64,000 nt of DNA from Podarcis tiliguerta (Eukaryota). A model generated the notes under the pieces. The model was not told where the DNA came from, did no database searches, and worked only from the letters and a program-made list of their open reading frames with translations. Shown piece by piece: positions 50,604-63,924 of the stretch (position 1 is its first letter; every line of letters starts with the position of its first letter). Both the position numbers and the translations under genes were made by a program. Where the stretch lies: NCBI GenBank assembly GCA_965153285.1, contig OZ229116.1. One strand, written 5' to 3'.

Positions 50604-50754
50604 AGCTGGGATAGCTCAGTCAGTAGAGCATGAGACTCTTAATTTCATGGTTGTGGGTTCAAGTCCAATTTGGTGCCAAAGTTTCCTGTATTGCAGCGGG
50701 TTGGACTAGATGACCCTCGTGGTCCCTTCCAACTCTGGAGTTCTATGATTTTAT
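50604..50754 (+). mobile_element. tRNA-Lys-derived SINE with CR1-type 3' tail
   Basis: Head gatagctcagtcagtagagcatgagactcttaat...gtgggttcaag (tRNA-Lys-CTT-like); tail gggttggactagatgacc...cccttccaactc...ttctatgatt shared with the CR1 end near 51700. Confidence 0.9.
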
Positions 50755-51329
50755 AATGCATCCATCAGTGGCTAGGAAATAGTAGTTAGAGAAGCTTAGA
50801 TTGCTGTAGGGAATATGAAAGCATTTTGAGTTTTTACTGTATTCTTCATAGAGACTAATGAAAATAAACAACTGTATTTGTGAAAATGGTTTATTTACAG
50901 AGCTGAAAATTGAGTTTATTGTGATGATTACACACTTCCAATATGCTTGGAAATAAAGAAGCTTACTAGAAAGAGATACATCTCATATTCTTTTGAATGC
51001 AAATGATAGTTTATTTTTAAAATCAGAATTAAAACTGTTTATTGTTTAAAACTTGAGAGATGAAACTGTTGCAATTTTGTGTGTTTGTGACCTGGACTAT
51101 GCAGATTATTCAAGGGTGAAGACTCATATTTTGGGACAGTCACCTTCTGGCTCTTTCCCACTCTGTGGATTTATCATCTAGCTTGCATTCACTTTTTAGA
51201 ACCACCTTCCTGGTTTTAGATTGTGCAATGCTAAAGCAAAGCAGCATATTCCTCTATATAAAATGTTTATGGTTAAACATTTTAGTAGGAATATATAGAT
51301 GCACCAAAATGAGGGGGGGGGGGACACCT

Positions 51330-51735
51330 GACTTGACCTAGGGGTCTTAGTAGTCCATAAGCTTAACGTGAGTCGATATTGTGACTGCAGCAGCAGAAAA
51401 CATACACAAAAAAAATTTGAATGGCTATCACATGGAAGATGGATCAAGCTTGTTTTCTGCTGCTCCAGAGGGTAGGGCCTGAATCAGTGGATTCAAATTA
51501 CAAGAAAGCAGATTCTGACTAAATATTAGGAAGAACTTTCTGATTGTAAGTGCTGTTCGGCCATGGAATATACTACCTCAGAAGGTGTGGTGGATTCTCC
51601 TTTTTTGGAGGTTGCTAAGCAGAGGTTGTACGGTCATCTCTTAGGGATTCTTTAGCTGTGATTCCTACACTGCAGGGAGTTGGGCTAGAAGATGATCTTT
51701 GGGCTCCCTTCCAACACTACAATTCTGCGATTCTA
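51330..51735 (+). mobile_element. CR1 LINE 3' portion with an internal deletion
   Basis: DLGVLV.HKLN.S..CD.. motif, then the KLQESRF.LNIRKNFL region and cccttccaac...ttctgcgattcta tail. Confidence 0.9.
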
Positions 51736-53181
51736 AGGGAATAAAATTATCAAAACTTGCTTTCCTTTCTGTGCTAAGTTTACTCTTTCTCAAAAATAAA
51801 ATGAATTCAAACATGGAAAAATGTAAACATCTAAAGCTGTAGAACAAAAAAGAGGAAAAACATGCATTTTCTTAGAGACATCAGAGTATCAGAGAGGTTA
51901 AAGAGATGCTGATTTTTCTACTGAGTGCTATATTTAGAAATCGCATGTGTGGAAGAAATGTTCTGCTTGCACGCCCAGAGAATGAAAATCAAGTCAACTC
52001 CTTGGGCAATTTTATCACAGGAAACTTGGTTGTTTTTGTTTTTTTTCAACAGCAACATTTTATTAAAATCTTTCATTTTGATAGAAATTCTATAGCTATG
52101 ACTGTGGCTATATTTTGGAAATCTTCTCACTCGTGGGAACCTGTTAAATAGACTACAATACTTTCCTATTAAAAGACAGAATATAGTTTGAGGGGAATAA
52201 AAGGTAAGCATTTTTCATTCCAAATGAGGATTGAAAATAAACATTTAAAGGCTTGGTTAAATTGAGCCTAGAATTTCCTCTGGATAATTTCTATGAGTTT
52301 TATCCTGTGCTTCACAAGCAGAGTTCCATTCATACCACAGGACTTGCCCTTTCTCTCTTCTCCTTATGTGACCCCAAAATCTACTCAGAAGGGTGCATGT
52401 GGGGCTCAAGGGAAGAAGAGGGGGGAAGTTCCATCATGCAAGTAGATGTCTGGCGCTCAAGCCTAACAGCACTGTTGGGACGCAATGTGCTTATTAATTA
52501 TGTTGATGTTTGTGCTTTGCTATGGATAGAAAACCTGCTAGAAGAAATCACTGATCAGTGTAATTGTTCTGTATTCATTTTAATACCTTATTGCCATTGT
52601 GTTTGTAGCTGCTCTGAAGAAATCACATTAAGCCGGAGCATCAAATGAGAAGCAAGCATGCTGCACTGATTTACTGTCACACTTTGTTTGGCGAATAAAT
52701 GTGTCCTTTCTGATTCCATGCTTGGGGTGCAATGTGGACTTAGATGCAGCCCAGTCCTTTAATCTTAAATGTAGCGGGAATTTTTCATCCGTAACTTGCC
52801 TAATTAAATACTTTTATTTATAACTTGCTACCTAAGAAATTCAGAAAGTAGCTTCCAATCGCAACAAAATATTGTTATAACATATAAAATTCAAAGTCAG
52901 TGAAACAGCAGAAAACATAAATCAATAATGAATAAAATGTAGTTGTTTGCTAAAGGCCCAGACTAAAACAAAACAAAACCTGCCCCCTAAAGCTCAGCAG
53001 ATTAGGTCCCACAGAAAGGCTGTTTTGCGCTAGATCACTACCACAGAAAAGGTCCTCACTCCAACTGCCTCCAAGTAACTTTTGAAGGCAGGGGGCAACC
53101 AGAGAAGGGTGTGCAGAGATTATTTTAACAAATCTGCAGTTCAAATGGAACCATCACCTGTCTTAGTGAGAAACCTTTGCG

Positions 53182-53947
53182 TGTCGAGGTCCCCAAGCCA
53201 CCACCCAATAACTCACACATCAATTTTGGTTTGGGTTTTCGCCACGATTTTGGCCACAACTTTATTTAAATACATCCAAGTGAGTGGTTGCTTAGGCATT
53301 GGTTCCGACTATCTGTCCTTGCCCAGGGGACAGAACTGGACTTCCGGATTCCAGCAAAAGCCAGTGCGGGAAACAAATTTTGGGGAGAAAATGAAGCTGG
53401 GCCTCAGTCCCTCACTTCTCACCCTCATGCTCCTGGTGGCTTGCACGGCCCACGTCTGATGCCAGGGACAAGGACGAAAAGAACGACAAGCCCCTGGATT
53501 CTTTTAACGGAATTCCCTTTCCGCACCACCATTGGAGGGGTAGGCACTTACCCCTCCACCAACCAATTTGAACCAATGCCTAACCGCCAACCTTACAAGT
53601 TGTGACGATTTGCTACGCAGTAGGCAAAACCAGATGGCACCAGCCAAACAGCCAAATGGACAAATTCCTACCAGGCCCCTGCCTCAAAGCAGACGACCCC
53701 ATTACAGGCATAGCAAGGTCAAGCAAACAACCCCACCCCCAATACAGGGAGGGTGGGCGGGTGATTTGGTGCAAGCAGCCAAGAGAACGCTCAAAGTTGG
53801 GCGACCAGTATTTAAAACCTCTGACCCCTCCTTCAAAATTGGCAACAAGCAGTTCTCCCCAGCAACCCGATTAACCAATACACTGCCTGGGTCCCTCCAC
53901 AAATCCGCCCAGCAACAATGGGGTGGCTTGTATCCCCCACTGCAACA
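53182..53947 (-). mobile_element. Solo LTR, 766 bp (probably Gypsy-type)
   Basis: TGT...ACA termini; minus-strand TATA-like TTTAAATA near 53810 and AATAAA near 53265; CpG-richer than its flanks; 4-bp flanks TGCG / CACG. Confidence 0.7.
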
Positions 53948-56900
53948 CACGCTCTCTGCTAGGGAGAACATGTTTTATCAACAGTGCTTTGCTTCTGAAG
54001 GAAGAGATCTCTTTTGCTGTACGAGTAAGCATCCTGAAGCAAATGTGGCACCATGCAAAAGAAGAAGACCTCTTCCTCCTCCTCTCTTTTCTAACCACAG
54101 CGAACTGCAGAGCTTGATCATCTGTGCCAAAGCGAACAGAACAAGAATCGGATGAACTTTACAAACGAGTAGAGCAAGGACAGCTCTACTCTACAGCATT
54201 TCCTCAGTCTTGGGATAGGACAGATAGGACTGACTGTGGCCAGAGCAGAATTCTACTCCCCATGTACTAAGCAACCTCCCCTGTGGTTTGTACATCAGTC
54301 ATGAATTCCCCAATACTGTGGTGAGGAGAGCTGTATGCCTTTTCTCAGTTGGTGCCTGAGCCTGTCATGACCCTTGGTTTTGTGTCTCCTCTTCCAGTAT
54401 AAAATAACATATGAAAACAATATAACAAGTGAATTTCATTATTTTGTTAAGAATCTTCAGTAATGCTTCTTCATGTCCCAGAAACATCACATACACACAA
54501 TATGGATAATACATGTCAGGTTCTTGCAAAAGCAATAAATTACTTCCCTGTTCCATTATAATATGATACACACCTTTGCTTGGCCTTTATTTTAAGAAGG
54601 TACAATAGGATTGGGCTGTGAGTATCGTATTGACTTGTTGTGTTCAACTATATAAACACTTCAGAAAAGTCTCCTCTTTCCCTGTAGTGCAGCTAATCAT
54701 TATTTTTCTTTATATCTGCCACATATGTGTGTCTCAATCTGGACAATATTTGGAATGCTGTTGTTTTGTTTTCTTTAACAGAAACACAATGCCACAATTA
54801 TCAGTTTGTGAACAAGGTCATTGCAATAGACAGCAACATTGACGTGTTCCCAGGGAATGTACTAACCGTGAATTTTTATCCACAGGGGAAAAAATGCAAA
54901 ATGTTGGTTAAAGGCAGGGATTTCCTTAAAGTATGTAACAAAAAGTGATGGATTATACTGCAATGAACAAGAGCACTTACTTTACTCAGTGTAATAGAAG
55001 TCCTTAGATATACGTTTGCAAATATTTATTTTACTCACTACTTTTTGGAAGATTTGGCAAATTGGCTAACTGATTACCGCTGTTACAGAAAGCATGCAGA
55101 GTCTTGTAATCTAAATGTTAATTTGCTCATAGAGTTTCATTCTCTTCTGTGGAAAGAGAAAGAAAAGAGAAAATACTTTCCTGATTCCAGTTGTTATAAT
55201 TATGCCATGTCTTGTTTTTGTTTTCCTTAAATTGTTTTGGTTTGGTTTAAGTGGAGCTTTGTAGGTGGCCGAATAAGAACTTCGAAATTAGGCATTCTGT
55301 ATAGCTTTGCCACATGCAGAAGAGAACCTTACAAATAAATAAAATTGAGCAGTCTGATAAATACTATAAAATGATGACATTCTGTATTTCAAACTGTGAA
55401 AACAGAAATGATAAATATTTAGGTATCCCAAAGATCCCTCTTTTCTCACTAACCACAGTGAAATTAGATGTTGTTTTTTAAATCGAGTCTCTAGCATAGC
55501 TTGAGCAGCAGTGGAGTAATTCAACAAGCATTAGATGAATACTCACATTTTAATGGCATCTGAGTATAATCAGAGATAGAAGAATACATTTTAACTGCAA
55601 CATTATTTAAATCACTGAACATGTGGGGGAAATTTAGGATACAGAGAATGCCAAGACAGCCAGAATGGCAATTGTATAATTAAAGGTGGCGTTTCCCTTT
55701 TGTTAACTATCTAAGGCTGGTTGTGAGTTTAATCAGATATTTCCTGGTGCATGGTTTGGCTACTACAAAGCACTTTGATGTCTTGGCAGTTCATGTCAGA
55801 GGATCTAATATCTGCAAATATTAACTCCGTGCATTTTTCAGTCACACGGAGCAGGCGTATTGGGCCAGCTCCAAATTCTGCTGCGAACATGTGGTGCTCA
55901 CAATGTTTTGTGAATTGGGGTAACATCATGCATTATTTTTGAACCTTGATTTCCAGTGACTTGTGAGGGGACATGAACTCCAGCGGTGCCTGAGTTGCTA
56001 AAGATCCCTCCAGTCTGGTGTAATGAAAGAAAAGGCGATACAGTTAATCAAGCCCTTTTGTAGAGTTTTGCATCAGGCTCTGCTGAATTACTGTTTTGTT
56101 GCTTGGCCCTTAAGCACAGGTATTAATGCGAGGAAGGTCAGTAGAAAATTCCAGTCACAATCCCCATGCTAAAGTAGTGATAGTTGGCCTCTGTGATCCA
56201 AAATTTATTTTCACAATCTTACCTTAAGTTTGTTTACAGACATACTCCATTTTCAAATGATTTTGCTGTTTAATAATAATAAAAGAAGTGACTGAGTCAA
56301 GGTTCTCTGCATTTAGATGCTCATGTTAAGCCTCTCAGAAGCTATGAACGCCCAGGCAATTGAGTCAAATTGAATGCTGGTTTATTGCCTTAGTATTTCC
56401 TGGCAGTTAGAAGTATGCACAATAATTGTTTGTATAGCACTCCCCCTCACACAATCAAGTTAATACATTTGAAGGTACAATATACTCATTCACTGAGTAG
56501 ATTGGCGAAGGAGTTACCCATTATGGAATGTAGCCTTAGCTCCGTAGTTCTAACTGCAGAAGCCATCCCACTCAGACTTCAAGCATAGTTGTTTAATTTT
56601 TTAAAAATTACTTTTATTTAAATTTTCCTGTGGTTTTAAAGAGGTAACAGTTTGCTGGCTTATGGTGAAAGCCTTCAAGGTTTCCTGAGGGGGTAGAAGT
56701 TGCAGTAAAACCAACCGTAAGTCTTTTATGGGCTTAAGCCCACTTTGTCGGATGCAAGGTGTAATTATGACCTTTCCCACGGAGTTGTCTTGGGTCTCTG
56801 AGCCACCTTTTATGTTTTCAAAAAAATAAGTTTCCTGTAAAAACCAACGATGATGTGTTGCTCTTACTTCAGTTTCTGCAAACACTTCTATAGCTATCAA

Positions 56901-59314
56901 TGCAAATGTTCTTGGGAAATGTTTTTATATGGTTCCTCTTCTGATAATCTGCAAATGTGCCTGATTAATGCTGATGGCATTTCATTTTGTGTCATTTTAT
57001 TTCTCTGTCTAAACATGTGTATGTGAAATCCAACTCTCCAAATAAGCCAGCTCTGTTCATAGATCCGTGCCTATTATGTTTTTCCAAGATGCGATGGTGC
57101 CATGAATCCTCTTCAGCTAACTTGTAAAATGAATGCTAAATTCTGCTTTAATCAGCTATTCATCTTAGCAGCATTTGTCACAGAACCATCCCCCTTCTCA
57201 ACAAACTGAACATGAAAGAGAGTAGGCTGAAAGCCTTAGCAATTGCACTCGGCCCTTTCTTTCTTTTGTCACCAATACAGTAGATTCTGGTGTCTCCTAG
57301 ACAACAGCATCTAAAAGGCTTTCTAATTTCAATCTCTCATGCCTTTTCCTTCAGATTGTTGATGTCTCCTTATACAGGCAACCAGTAATCAACATTTGTC
57401 CAGATTTTTTTTAAATTTAGGCGATTTATAGGGCTTTGCTGACTTTTTTTTCATCTATCTGGCTTGTATTCAAGGATGATACAAGAAAAAGAAGGTGTTT
57501 ATTCATAGTATAGTTATTACCATCTCTTCTGCTTCTAGTCAGTTTTGTTTATAGTGCTGCTTATTGCTCCATTTCAAATTTTCCAGTGCATATTTTCTTG
57601 GAAAATATTGGATATTTGAATTTTATAAAAACAACAACTCTTAAACTGTTTTTAGTAGACGCATATTTCACTTTCAGAATCACACAGTCTTCTTTCAGTG
57701 CAATCCTGTGTATGTTGCCTTAGAAGTAAGCCCTACTGAGTTCAATGGGACTTACTCCAGAGTAAATCTCGATAGGATTGTGACTTTATATATCTAGATG
57801 GGCAGCTCCTCCCTTGGAGTGTACTCATCAGGAAATGAGCCCCATTAAACTCAAAGGGGTCTCAGAGGGACCTGCTTTTGAGTCAAGATGTATAAGATTG
57901 TGCTGTAAAAGTACTTTAAAACAGATAAGGCAACCTAACGAAATCTCTAATTGCTTTTTTGTTTTGTTTTTTTAGAAATGCAGTGTTTGTAATTTTGGGG
58001 GTGGGTTGTTAGCCACCTTGAGTTTTTAAAAGGGAGAGGAACTAAACATGAGAGGAATAAATGAAGAGATCTGTAGGGGTGGGAAGCAGAAAAGAATGGA
58101 AGGTTTGCAAATGGGATGTAGAGAGACTTCCAGTTGTGCAAGGAGAAGAGAGTGTCAAAGCTAATCAGAGAAAAAAGAGAAGTTTATGGAACTCTGCTGA
58201 GAAGAAAGGAGCTACACAGGGGGGGGGGAGGCATTTGAGAGATGGGGATGCAAGCCAGTGACAGGACAGAAAAACATTCTTTCTAAAGGCACATAGTATT
58301 AGATACGGAAATAAGGTATGCTGTGGATGGGAAGGGAAAGAGGCTTTATGGAGAGTGGTGTTCAACTTCAGGACACTTGTAAGTGGCAGAGACCGAGGAG
58401 AATGTGCATCATGGCAAGGGTGGACAGAAGGTAGATTGAGAGCTTCTGGTAGAACTTTTTTTTTTTGCTCCTAATTGTTGTGACGATTGTGGCAACAAAA
58501 ACTGACCCCACACAAACCTCTATTTTGCACCTGACTCCCGTTGATGGATCTTACTGTTCAAGATCCTACTGTTGAAGTAAAAACTATGTTGGTTCTGCCA
58601 TCTCAAAGTCTGCTCACCTTTGCTCTATGGAATACTGAGAAAACAAGGTTAGCAGATCATGAGTTATAAATAAACCATTAAGTTAAAACTATTTCAGTTC
58701 TTAAAAGTTATTCTGGCCCTCTGAGTAACTTGAGTCATACACGCCTGCAATGAAAGCAGATAAAAGTCCTTAAAGCACTTAGGATCTGTCAAATCTTCAA
58801 GGGTAAGGAATTCCATGATAGCAAGAGCAGTGCAAATGGATAAGAAAATGTTTCCTCATAAGATTGTGATAAGGAATGGGAAGAAGGGAGATCATCTTTC
58901 GCATACGTAGGAACCAAAACCTTGTAGGATTTGACCTAGTGGAATGTGCATTAAACTCAGTTGGACTCTTATGATTTATAAGTGCTCATGTGTGGCTAGG
59001 TGCTTGTAAATTTGATGCTAGATCTTTTAAGATTTTTGAGATATTTCCTCCATTCTATATTACTCAAAAAAATAAAAATATCCCCAACTGAAGAGGGGTC
59101 AAGTTACACTCTTTTAATTTAGAATAAATCCAAATATTTGTTGTTTGCTCTGCTAGACACTGCCTTAATGTTTGTCAGCTGTAGGTGAAGTTGATAGCAT
59201 ACTATTGTCCTCCTTTGCCTGTTTTTTCATTCTGTGTTGTGTTTTTTCCTGCCTTGCATATAATGTTTTAAAAAATGCACAAAACATTTTACACACTGGC
59301 TCATCCAAATGATT

Positions 59315-59493
59315 TGGTTGTGGTTGGAGGCAGCATACCTCTACATACTACTTGTTGGAAACTCTAGGTGCTCTTGTGTTCAAGTCTTGCTTGCAGGCTT
59401 CATGTAGGCCTCTGGCTGGCCACTGTGAGAACAGGATGCTGGCCCAAATGGGCCACAGGCCTGATCCAGCAAAGCGCTTCTTCTGCCCTTATG
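59315..59493 (+). mobile_element. CR1 LINE 3' end
   Basis: ggccactgtgagaacaggatgctgg...ggcctgatccagca...cttatg. Confidence 0.85.
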
Positions 59494-59873
59494 GAAATGT
59501 TGGTCTGGGGAAATAGTGGTCAAAATATACTGTGACTAACCTGCAAGTGGCTAATGTCAAAGCTGCTCTGTTTTGCAATTGTTGTTTTGACAATGAGGGA
59601 ATAAGGGTGTGCTAATATAAACTTACATTGACATCTTAAGATCAGCTCACTTCCTCTGATGTATCCTTGGCATTGGGACATTGCAGGAACAAGAAATGCA
59701 GCAGATATAAAGTGTGGGAAAGAGCAGATGACCATAAAAGCAAATAAGTTGACGTCAATGCAGATAAAAACCCTCTCTAAATGTAATCAGCAGTACATTC
59801 CTACTTTCTTAAACACTGGAACTTCCCTTAACTATAAATATAACCATGGGGCGTGATTCTGACCAATCATATA

Positions 59874-60109
59874 CAGTGGTACCTTGGTTTAAGAACAGCT
59901 TAGTTTATGAACAACTTGGATTAAGAACGCTGCAAACCCGGAAGTAGGTGTTTTGGTTTGTAAACTTTGCCTTGGAAGCAGAACATGTTCCGCTTCCTGT
60001 TGAGTGTGTTCCATTTGTAAATTGAGTCCTCCGCTGCTATGAGAAAGCACGCCTTGGTTTAAGAACAGACTTCCGGAACGGATTAAGTTCGTAAACCAAG
60101 GTACCACTG
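59874..60109. mobile_element. Tigger/pogo-like MITE
   Basis: Perfect 18-bp TIRs cagtggtaccttggttta / taaaccaaggtaccactg; TA TSD; shares gcaaacccggaagt with 42260-42498. Confidence 0.95.
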
Positions 60110-60132
60110 TATGGTCATCTTCTTGTTCTCGC

Positions 60133-60316
60133 TAGGGTGGCCAGACGTAATGAGAAAATGGGGTTCCTGTTCCTTTTAACAATTGCACAGATGAGGGAAT
60201 TTTGGTAAATGCAGCTTGTTGTGCAGAGGTGAGAAAATCTGCATCTGCTAAAAGTCCTCCCAATACATACTTCTGAAAAGTTCAGAACCCTTCTTTCTTT
60301 ACTTCTGACAACTTAG
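60133..60316. mobile_element. Degenerate hAT-like MITE (TAGGGTG-type TIR)
   Basis: tagggtggccaga start with decayed inverted arms. Confidence 0.55.
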
Positions 60317-63300
60317 ATTGTCACTTGCTTTCTTTCTTAGTTAAAAAAAGGAATAGTGGCGCTGCCATTTCTGCTACCCACCTTAGGTGAAAATGGTGTG
60401 CACTTGTGGGTCCCAACCACTAGCTGAATATCTGTGTCTTAGGAGTATTTTATTTTATTCATTAAATTTGTATACCGCCCTATATCTGAAGGCGGTTCAC
60501 AGACAGTACAGGGCATCTCATTTGATAACTATGACTACCTGGCCCTGCCTGATATGATGTTCTCAGTTGCTTATTGGATATTATTCATTAAATTTTCTTT
60601 CTTGTGGGTCCTTTTGAATGGCACCTTCTGAAACTGATGATTGGAGCTTCTGGGGGATTGACCAAGAACAATGTATAGCTCAAGTAATAAGATTCCTTAA
60701 AAAAAAAAAAGTGCTTTTAGAAGAAATCCTGTTTCCCAGCAGGAAGATCCAGGGAACAAATGCATATTAAAATAGATACTGTGGACAATTTTAAGGGAGG
60801 CAGAACAAATACAACCAACTGATGTCGAAACATTCAGATAGAAGCAATATACTGAAATTCTGTGGTCAGCATTGCCAATGCCCCCAGTCTGAAAAATATG
60901 GTGTTTCACATGCACTAACAATGTGTTGCTGCATAGTGAAATATTACTCTGAAATCTGTTTACGCTCATTTAATGTAGCTGTGCCATGGTACTGATCATC
61001 ACTATGTGAAAATGTCATTCTTCTTTCTTGAAGTATCAGGGCTCCTGCTGACTTTCAGTTTTGCATGTGGATGAAAGGAATGTGTGCCTTTGAAAAGCTT
61101 TTTTTATTAGAATGTGCTAATGAAGCTTTAGGGCTCTCAACACTGGATAAGATAATCCATCATATTTGTGGGTGTGAGCATGACCATGCATATCTCTGAC
61201 TACTTTTTGCATTTTATAAGGGTTGACTTCATCCCTGCTCCCCCTTTTGTAAGGGCTCCTAAGGCTTCTGCCCGTTAGACTCTAGACAGCTAACAGCAAC
61301 TATGGGAGTGATACTGATAACGGAAACTCTGGTAAATGACATTTCAGGAACCGTGTTGTGTGCTCAGACTTAATATGAGCAAGAGGATTTCTAAAAAGAT
61401 GTTTAGGGGAGATATTTTTATGCCTTCTACAAATAGTTCCAGCACATAGTAGTTCCATCATATGCTTCCACCACACCAATACACTTGTACTAACCTCATT
61501 GATTTACATTGGTCCAGCAATACACATTTAAAGCTTGCCCAACATCTGCATGCTTATTTGAGAATCCCTGTGGCAGATAGATTCATCACAATATAGCAGC
61601 TCTATCCCAGGTGTAGGAGCTCTACATGAGCTGCTCTTCCCTTACCCCAGGATAAGGAAAATGGGTACCAGAATCCTGTGTGTGTGCTAGAATGCACATA
61701 GTGCTGTGGATCAAGAATTTGTCTCCTAAAGCATTTATTTCCTATAGCTACATCTATAAAAACCTGATGCAAATAAGTCTTTTAATAGATCCATTTTTTC
61801 CGCAGTCAAGAAGAGACTGAGGGGAAATAAAACAACACATATTTGGGTCAAGTAGTCTGATCTAGCAAACACATAGTTCTTGAGGTTTATAACTTTTTGA
61901 CGGGTTCAGGAGAAAAGTTTGCTTTTAGTGTATTGCAGTCTGCTTCTATTGCATGTACTAACAGGCTACAGTTAGTTGATTCTGTTTAGAACAAGCATTT
62001 CCATCAGCCTTTGCATAATTTCACACTAATAATGTGGCTGCCCTACATTAGCTGTTCAATTGCACAATAAATCACTTGTTTCATGTGTGTCCTCTGTTTC
62101 TGGTGGCTTACCAAATGTGTTATGCATCAAGTCCCCGCAGTTATGAAGACCTTGAGACTATCATTAGTTTTCATTTTCCTTCGTTGACACAGACACAATT
62201 TAGTCTTCTTCACAGAGATGTTGTTGCATGAGTGTAATAGGCTTTAGCAGTTTATGACTTTTGATATACTGTTTCTGTTTGAGATTAAGGCAACATTTTC
62301 ATTTTGAAAGCTTCGGTATTTTTCCTCCTTCCCTTTTAAATGAACACATTTATTAGACACCTTTTCAGCCTTCAAAGATAACAGTGATTTGTGTTTTGCC
62401 TCTTTATATGTGTTAATTTCATAAGAATAGTTGCAGTTATTTGTGAGACGCAGAGATGAAATAAACTCTCCAGGCAAGTACCGAAATGTTTGCCTTAGCA
62501 TCATCATAATCACCATTGCTTACTTGTAGGCCACTTTTCCATGGTAAACCATGCTCAAAGCAGCTCACAGCATTAGAAAAATGTGCATAATAAAACATAA
62601 CATTCAAGTATAAGGCACCAATTACAAGGCATAGCAAATCTCAATAGTCATACAGATGTTAATAGGCTAATCAAAATATCTTATCTTAATAAATATGCAA
62701 TAAGATCAAACAATTAACTAATTCATAATAAGGCATATCCTACGAGAACACAATACAAATAGCAGGAAAAATAATGCATTATCTTAAAAACTAAATGTTT
62801 TCCCCAGCAACCGCTAAACTAAAGCCCACCCTGATGGCTTCTAGGCATCTTGAGCAGCCTTTATAGCTGGAGTCAGTCAGCTGCACTGTGATGTTTCACT
62901 TGGAGAATAACTGTGATTCAAACATGAATTGCATTTACAATAATAACTTGATAATAATGACAAAATCAGTCTTTAGTGTTGTTACTTTGGAATAGGTATT
63001 TAATGTAGTTCCACTTAAGGGCATTCCAATTTTAAAACATTACTCTTCGTCTTTTTCAAACTTACTTTGAAGTTGCCTTATAAATATTCAGGGTGTGTGT
63101 GTTCTTAAATCTAACATTGTTTCATATGGATAGGCTCAAATGCTGTTCCTTTGGAGGAATAAAATATGTGAATGCATAAAAAATCAGGTAGAAGTGAGGG
63201 AGTTTCCCAGTACTTCCCATTATATGTCTTAATATTGTATCTGTGGTAAATGAAAAATAAAACTGTTTGAATGGGGATACACGAAGTAGGCAATCCAAAA

Positions 63301-63924
63301 TTCTCCTCTTCCAGTTTGTCTAGCTACTCCAAAGAGGAATACACCTAGAAATGTTACCGCCCTTAGCATCCCGAGATGAATGATTTGCTCTTAGTTAAAA
63401 GGCAAAAAGCAAGCATTAAACAGCTTGCTGCTCCAGATGTTTTCCTACCCTAGGTAGTTATCTGCCTCAGCTCGGCCCAGCAGCAGGTTGGATTGCTTTT
63501 GAGTCATTTGTATTTCCCACATTGTTTGCTGTTCCCAGTACTTTGCATTGTCACTGATAAATACATTTTGAGTATCCCCCCCCCCCGTATTAAATCAAGA
63601 AATCAGGTACTTTAAATAAAATATTTTTCTGTAATCTAGTGTAATGACTGTAATTGTCTATGCTAAGTAGTAAAAAAAAAAACCTTCTCTGGACACTAAG
63701 TGTCCCATTTTCATGAAATTGGGAAGTGGCAGAGACAGCAATAGCAAATATTAAACTCAATATACAACTACCGTTTACAGCTTTTATCAAAACACACAAA
63801 CAGAATGCCTTGAATTTGTTGCAATACAGTATTATTGTTGCTATACCTTTTCAGAAATAGTGTGGAATATTTGCAACTTGTGCAAACAGCTGCTTCCAGG
63901 AGAGTTACTGTGCCTAATGTGTTT

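Noticed and set aside
50604-50680. tRNA-Lys-like gene
   Set aside because: Acceptor and T stems are degenerate and the sequence runs straight into a CR1-type tail, so it is a SINE head. The same applies to 6840-6905.
53568-54155. 195-aa ORF
   Set aside because: Crosses the LTR boundary on the strand opposite to the LTR's signals; low-information sequence with no gag/pol/env motifs.
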